From an uncultured Clostridia bacterium (lineage in GTDB: Bacteria; Bacillota; Clostridia; Oscillospirales; Acutalibacteraceae), in contig CANQIG010000001.1 of NCBI GenBank assembly GCA_947623765.1, positions 1-38,543 on the forward strand: a stretch of 38,543 nucleotides of DNA, in the 5' to 3' direction. A program made the translations under genes and the position numbers. The notes under the pieces were generated by a model. It ran no database searches, was not told the DNA's origin, and was given only the letters and a program-made list of their open reading frames with translations. Position 1 is the stretch's first letter. The number at the start of each line of letters is the position of its first letter. This document shows, one piece after another, positions 36,265-38,543 of this stretch.

Positions 36265-36292
36265 ATTGTACGGGCCGAGCCGTTTCTTGTGC
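36265..36292 (-). promoter_or_regulatory. SigK-type promoter of the Cys-rich gene
   Basis: GCAC-16bp-CGTACAAT on the minus strand, versus consensus AC-N16-CATANNNT (one mismatch). Confidence 0.5.
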
Positions 36293-36359
36293 CTGTCCAA
36301 GTTTGAGAAAGAAATCGCGGTTTTTCTCTTGCCGAGACGGATTTCGCATGAAATTAAGG

Positions 36360-36388
36360 TTGTATATTCAGGAGACCTTTGCTATAAT
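36360..36388 (+). promoter_or_regulatory. SigA-type extended -10 promoter of the tmk operon
   Basis: TTGTAT-17bp-TATAAT with TGn extension. Confidence 0.65.
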
Positions 36389-36417
36389 AAAAGATACAGC
36401 ATCGGATCGGGAAAGGA

Positions 36418-37083
36418 ATGGACCAGATGTCGCTGATTGTGCTCGAGGGATTGGACGGGAGCGGAAAGGGAACACAGGCCGGGCTGCTTCTGCGCGCAGC
36501 AGAAGCGTGCGGTAAAGCCCGGCGGATCAGCTTCCCCGACTATGATTCCCCTTCCTCCGCACTTGTGAAGATGTACCTCTCCGGTGCGTTCGGGACGGAC
36601 GCCGAACAGGTAAACCCTTATGCGGCGAGCACATTTTATGCGGTGGACCGCTTCGCGAGCTATCAGCTCAAGTGGAAAGACGCGTATCTTTCCGGCGAAA
36701 CGATCGTCGCGGACAGGTATGTCACGTCCAACCTCGTGTTTCAGCTGACGAAGCTCCCCCGCGGGGAATGGGACGCGTACATCCGCTGGCTGGAGGATCT
36801 GGAATACGAAAAGCTCGCGCTTCCAAGGCCGGATGCGGTGATCTACCTCGATGTGGACCCCGCGGTCTCTCAGGCGCTGCTGATGAAACGGTACGGCGGG
36901 GAAGAGGAAAAGCGCGACATTCACGAAGCGGACCTCGCCTTTCAGCAGCACTGCCGCGCCGCGGCTCTTTACGCTGCGGAAAAGCTCCGTTGGGACATCC
37001 TGGCCTGCTACGACGGTGAAACGATGCAAACGCCGGAAGAGATCCACAGGAAGATCTTAAACATATTGGAGGCATATTTATGA
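36418..37083 (+). CDS. tmk: Thymidylate kinase / deoxynucleoside monophosphate kinase
   Basis: LEGLDGSGKGTQ P-loop, SFPDY, ADRYVTSN, PDAVIYLD, DIHE. Confidence 0.82.
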   Translation: MDQMSLIVLEGLDGSGKGTQAGLLLRAAEACGKARRISFPDYDSPSSALVKMYLSGAFGTDAEQVNPYAASTFYAVDRFASYQLKWKDAYLSGETIVADRYVTSNLVFQLTKLPRGEWDAYIRWLEDLEYEKLALPRPDAVIYLDVDPAVSQALLMKRYGGEEEKRDIHEADLAFQQHCRAAALYAAEKLRWDILACYDGETMQTPEEIHRKILNILEAYL

Positions 37084-37622
37084 TCTATGTTTTTCTCGCA
37101 AACGGATTTGAAGAGGTGGAGGCGCTCGCCCCGGTGGACATTCTGCGGCGCGCCGGTCTCGAGGTCAAAACCGTCGGCGTCGGGGGAAAGGTCGTCACCG
37201 GCTCGCACGGCATCCCCGTAACGGCGGATCTCGAAGAAAAAGACGTCACGACCGACGATATGGAGATGGTCGTTCTGCCCGGCGGGATGCCGGGTACGCT
37301 GAATCTCGAAAAATCGCCCATCGTGTGCGCGTCGGCGGAATACTGCGCCAAAAATGGGCTGTATGTCGCCGCGATCTGCGCCGCGCCGAGCGTTCTCGGA
37401 CATTTGGGGCTCCTCGAGGGCAAAAACGCGATCTGTTTCCCCGGCTTTGAAGGGGAGCTCAAAGGCGCGTCCCTCTCAGAGAAGCACGTATGCGTCGACG
37501 GGAAAACCGTCACCGCAAAGGGCATGGGCGTCGCGGTGGAGTTCGGTCTCACGCTGGTCTCCCTGCTCTTGAGCGAAGACGAGGCGCAAAAGATCCGCAC
37601 GGGCATCCAATGTATGTGCTGA
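37080..37622 (+). CDS. DJ-1/YajL/PfpI-family protein
   Basis: GFEEVEAL, LPGGMPG, AAICAAP catalytic Cys, TAKGMG. Confidence 0.92.
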   Translation: MIYVFLANGFEEVEALAPVDILRRAGLEVKTVGVGGKVVTGSHGIPVTADLEEKDVTTDDMEMVVLPGGMPGTLNLEKSPIVCASAEYCAKNGLYVAAICAAPSVLGHLGLLEGKNAICFPGFEGELKGASLSEKHVCVDGKTVTAKGMGVAVEFGLTLVSLLLSEDEAQKIRTGIQCMC

Positions 37623-38215
37623 ACAGCGAGAAAACCAGCCTTCGTGCATCGCTGCGCCTTTTTCGGGACAGTGCGCCGGACCGCGCCGCGCGCGACGGCA
37701 GGATCTTTGCGTCGCTTCAAGCGTTTCTGCTGTTCTCTCAGGCGGAGGTCGTCCTGTGCTATGTGAGCACGGGAAGCGAGGCGGACACGCGGCTCATCTT
37801 AACTGCTGCGCTCGAAGAAGGAAAAAACGTTTTTGTCCCGCGCTGCGCTTCGGAAGGGCGCATGGATTTTTTTCGGATCGCCGATCTAAGCGATCTGCGG
37901 CCGGGAAAGTTTGGCATTTTGGAACCGGAGGACCGCGCTGCTCTGCGGTGGACAGACGGCGATGCGCTCTGTCTCGTCCCCGGCCTCGGCTTCACGGAGT
38001 CCGGGGCGCGGATCGGGTACGGCGGCGGCTATTACGACCGGTTTCTTTTGGAAAAGAACGTCCTGCAGATCGGGCTGTGCTATGATTTTCAGATCCTTCC
38101 GGCGGTTCCGGAAGAGGCGCACGACGTCCGCATGGATTGGATCGTCACGGATACGCGGATCATCCGCTGTCCTAGGACGGTCGGGAATGGGAAAGGAGAG
38201 GATGAAAAAGAATGA
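37610..38215 (+). CDS. 5-formyltetrahydrofolate cyclo-ligase
   Basis: GKFGILEP, LVPGLGF..GARIGYGGGYYDRFL, EAHDVRMD; exact start uncertain (ATG 37610 or GTG 37616). Confidence 0.9.
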   Translation: MYVLNSEKTSLRASLRLFRDSAPDRAARDGRIFASLQAFLLFSQAEVVLCYVSTGSEADTRLILTAALEEGKNVFVPRCASEGRMDFFRIADLSDLRPGKFGILEPEDRAALRWTDGDALCLVPGLGFTESGARIGYGGGYYDRFLLEKNVLQIGLCYDFQILPAVPEEAHDVRMDWIVTDTRIIRCPRTVGNGKGEDEKE

Positions 38216-38543
38216 GCGAAGAAAAAAGACCCGAACGGCGGGAAGAGGGGCGGTTCCACGTCTCTCTGAGCGAAGAACAGCTCAACGCGGACCGCAGCAG
38301 CGTCGATATGCAGCAGTACGCGAACATCGGCGCGAGTTCCAGACGCGACGAGGTCCAGGCAGAACTCGCTGCCGCGAGAAACGTACAGGCGCGGCACGCC
38401 GAACAGCGCGAGGCGCGGGAGCATCGCAAGCGGAACCGGGTAAAGGGGCGCAAAAACAGAAGGATCTTTACGCTGACCTGGGTCATCATGGTCGTTCTGG
38501 TCTCTCTGACCGTTTCTTCCTACCTTATCAGCGGGTCGAACGA
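38212..38543 (+). CDS. Bitopic membrane protein, 3'-truncated; probable endolytic transglycosylase MltG N-terminus
   Basis: ATG overlapping the upstream stop, open to the window end: MSEEKRPERREEGRFHVSL...RKRNRVKGRKNRR followed by TM helix IFTLTWVIMVVLVSLTVSSYLISG. The MltG call is inferred from architecture and context only. Confidence 0.55.
   Translation, partial: MSEEKRPERREEGRFHVSLSEEQLNADRSSVDMQQYANIGASSRRDEVQAELAAARNVQARHAEQREAREHRKRNRVKGRKNRRIFTLTWVIMVVLVSLTVSSYLISGSN

Noticed and set aside
1-38543. Mobile elements, prophage, CRISPR arrays, defence systems, tRNA or rRNA genes
   Set aside because: No transposase, integrase or cas motifs, no regularly spaced repeats, no obvious compositional island, and the short intergenic gaps are largely explained by promoters, terminators and the T-box

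Overview
GC-rich core-genome segment of a spore-forming Clostridia-class bacterium. An Oscillospiraceae/Acutalibacteraceae-like origin is inferred from gene order and protein style. No mobile element, prophage, CRISPR array, rRNA or tRNA was found. The window holds: (i) a + strand block mutL(partial)-miaA-orphan HlyD-like protein, then sepF-ylmH-divIVA-ileS-lspA-rluD-comEA; (ii) a T-box-regulated tyrS and a DUF1294-yjjG-comEC-holA-rnmV operon on the - strand; (iii) a GHL10-type glycoside hydrolase, an XRE-cupin regulator with an acyl-CoA synthetase, mtaB, an ABC-F ATPase and nrdR; (iv) sporulation genes interleaved with housekeeping genes: DUF421/DUF4363 divergent from a gerA-gerB-gerC receptor operon, a sigmaE-type asnO-like asparagine synthetase, and a Cys-rich CsxA-like exosporium candidate with a sigmaK-type promoter; (v) DUF1836, pcrA, tmk, DJ-1, 5-formyl-THF cyclo-ligase and the start of a probable mltG. 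The most notable points are the sporulation genes abutting convergent genes with no terminators, the exosporium candidate, the transporter-less HlyD-like protein beside the division cluster, non-canonical HIGH motifs in both class I synthetases, and split or degenerate competence genes. All family assignments come from motif recognition by eye, not from database searches.
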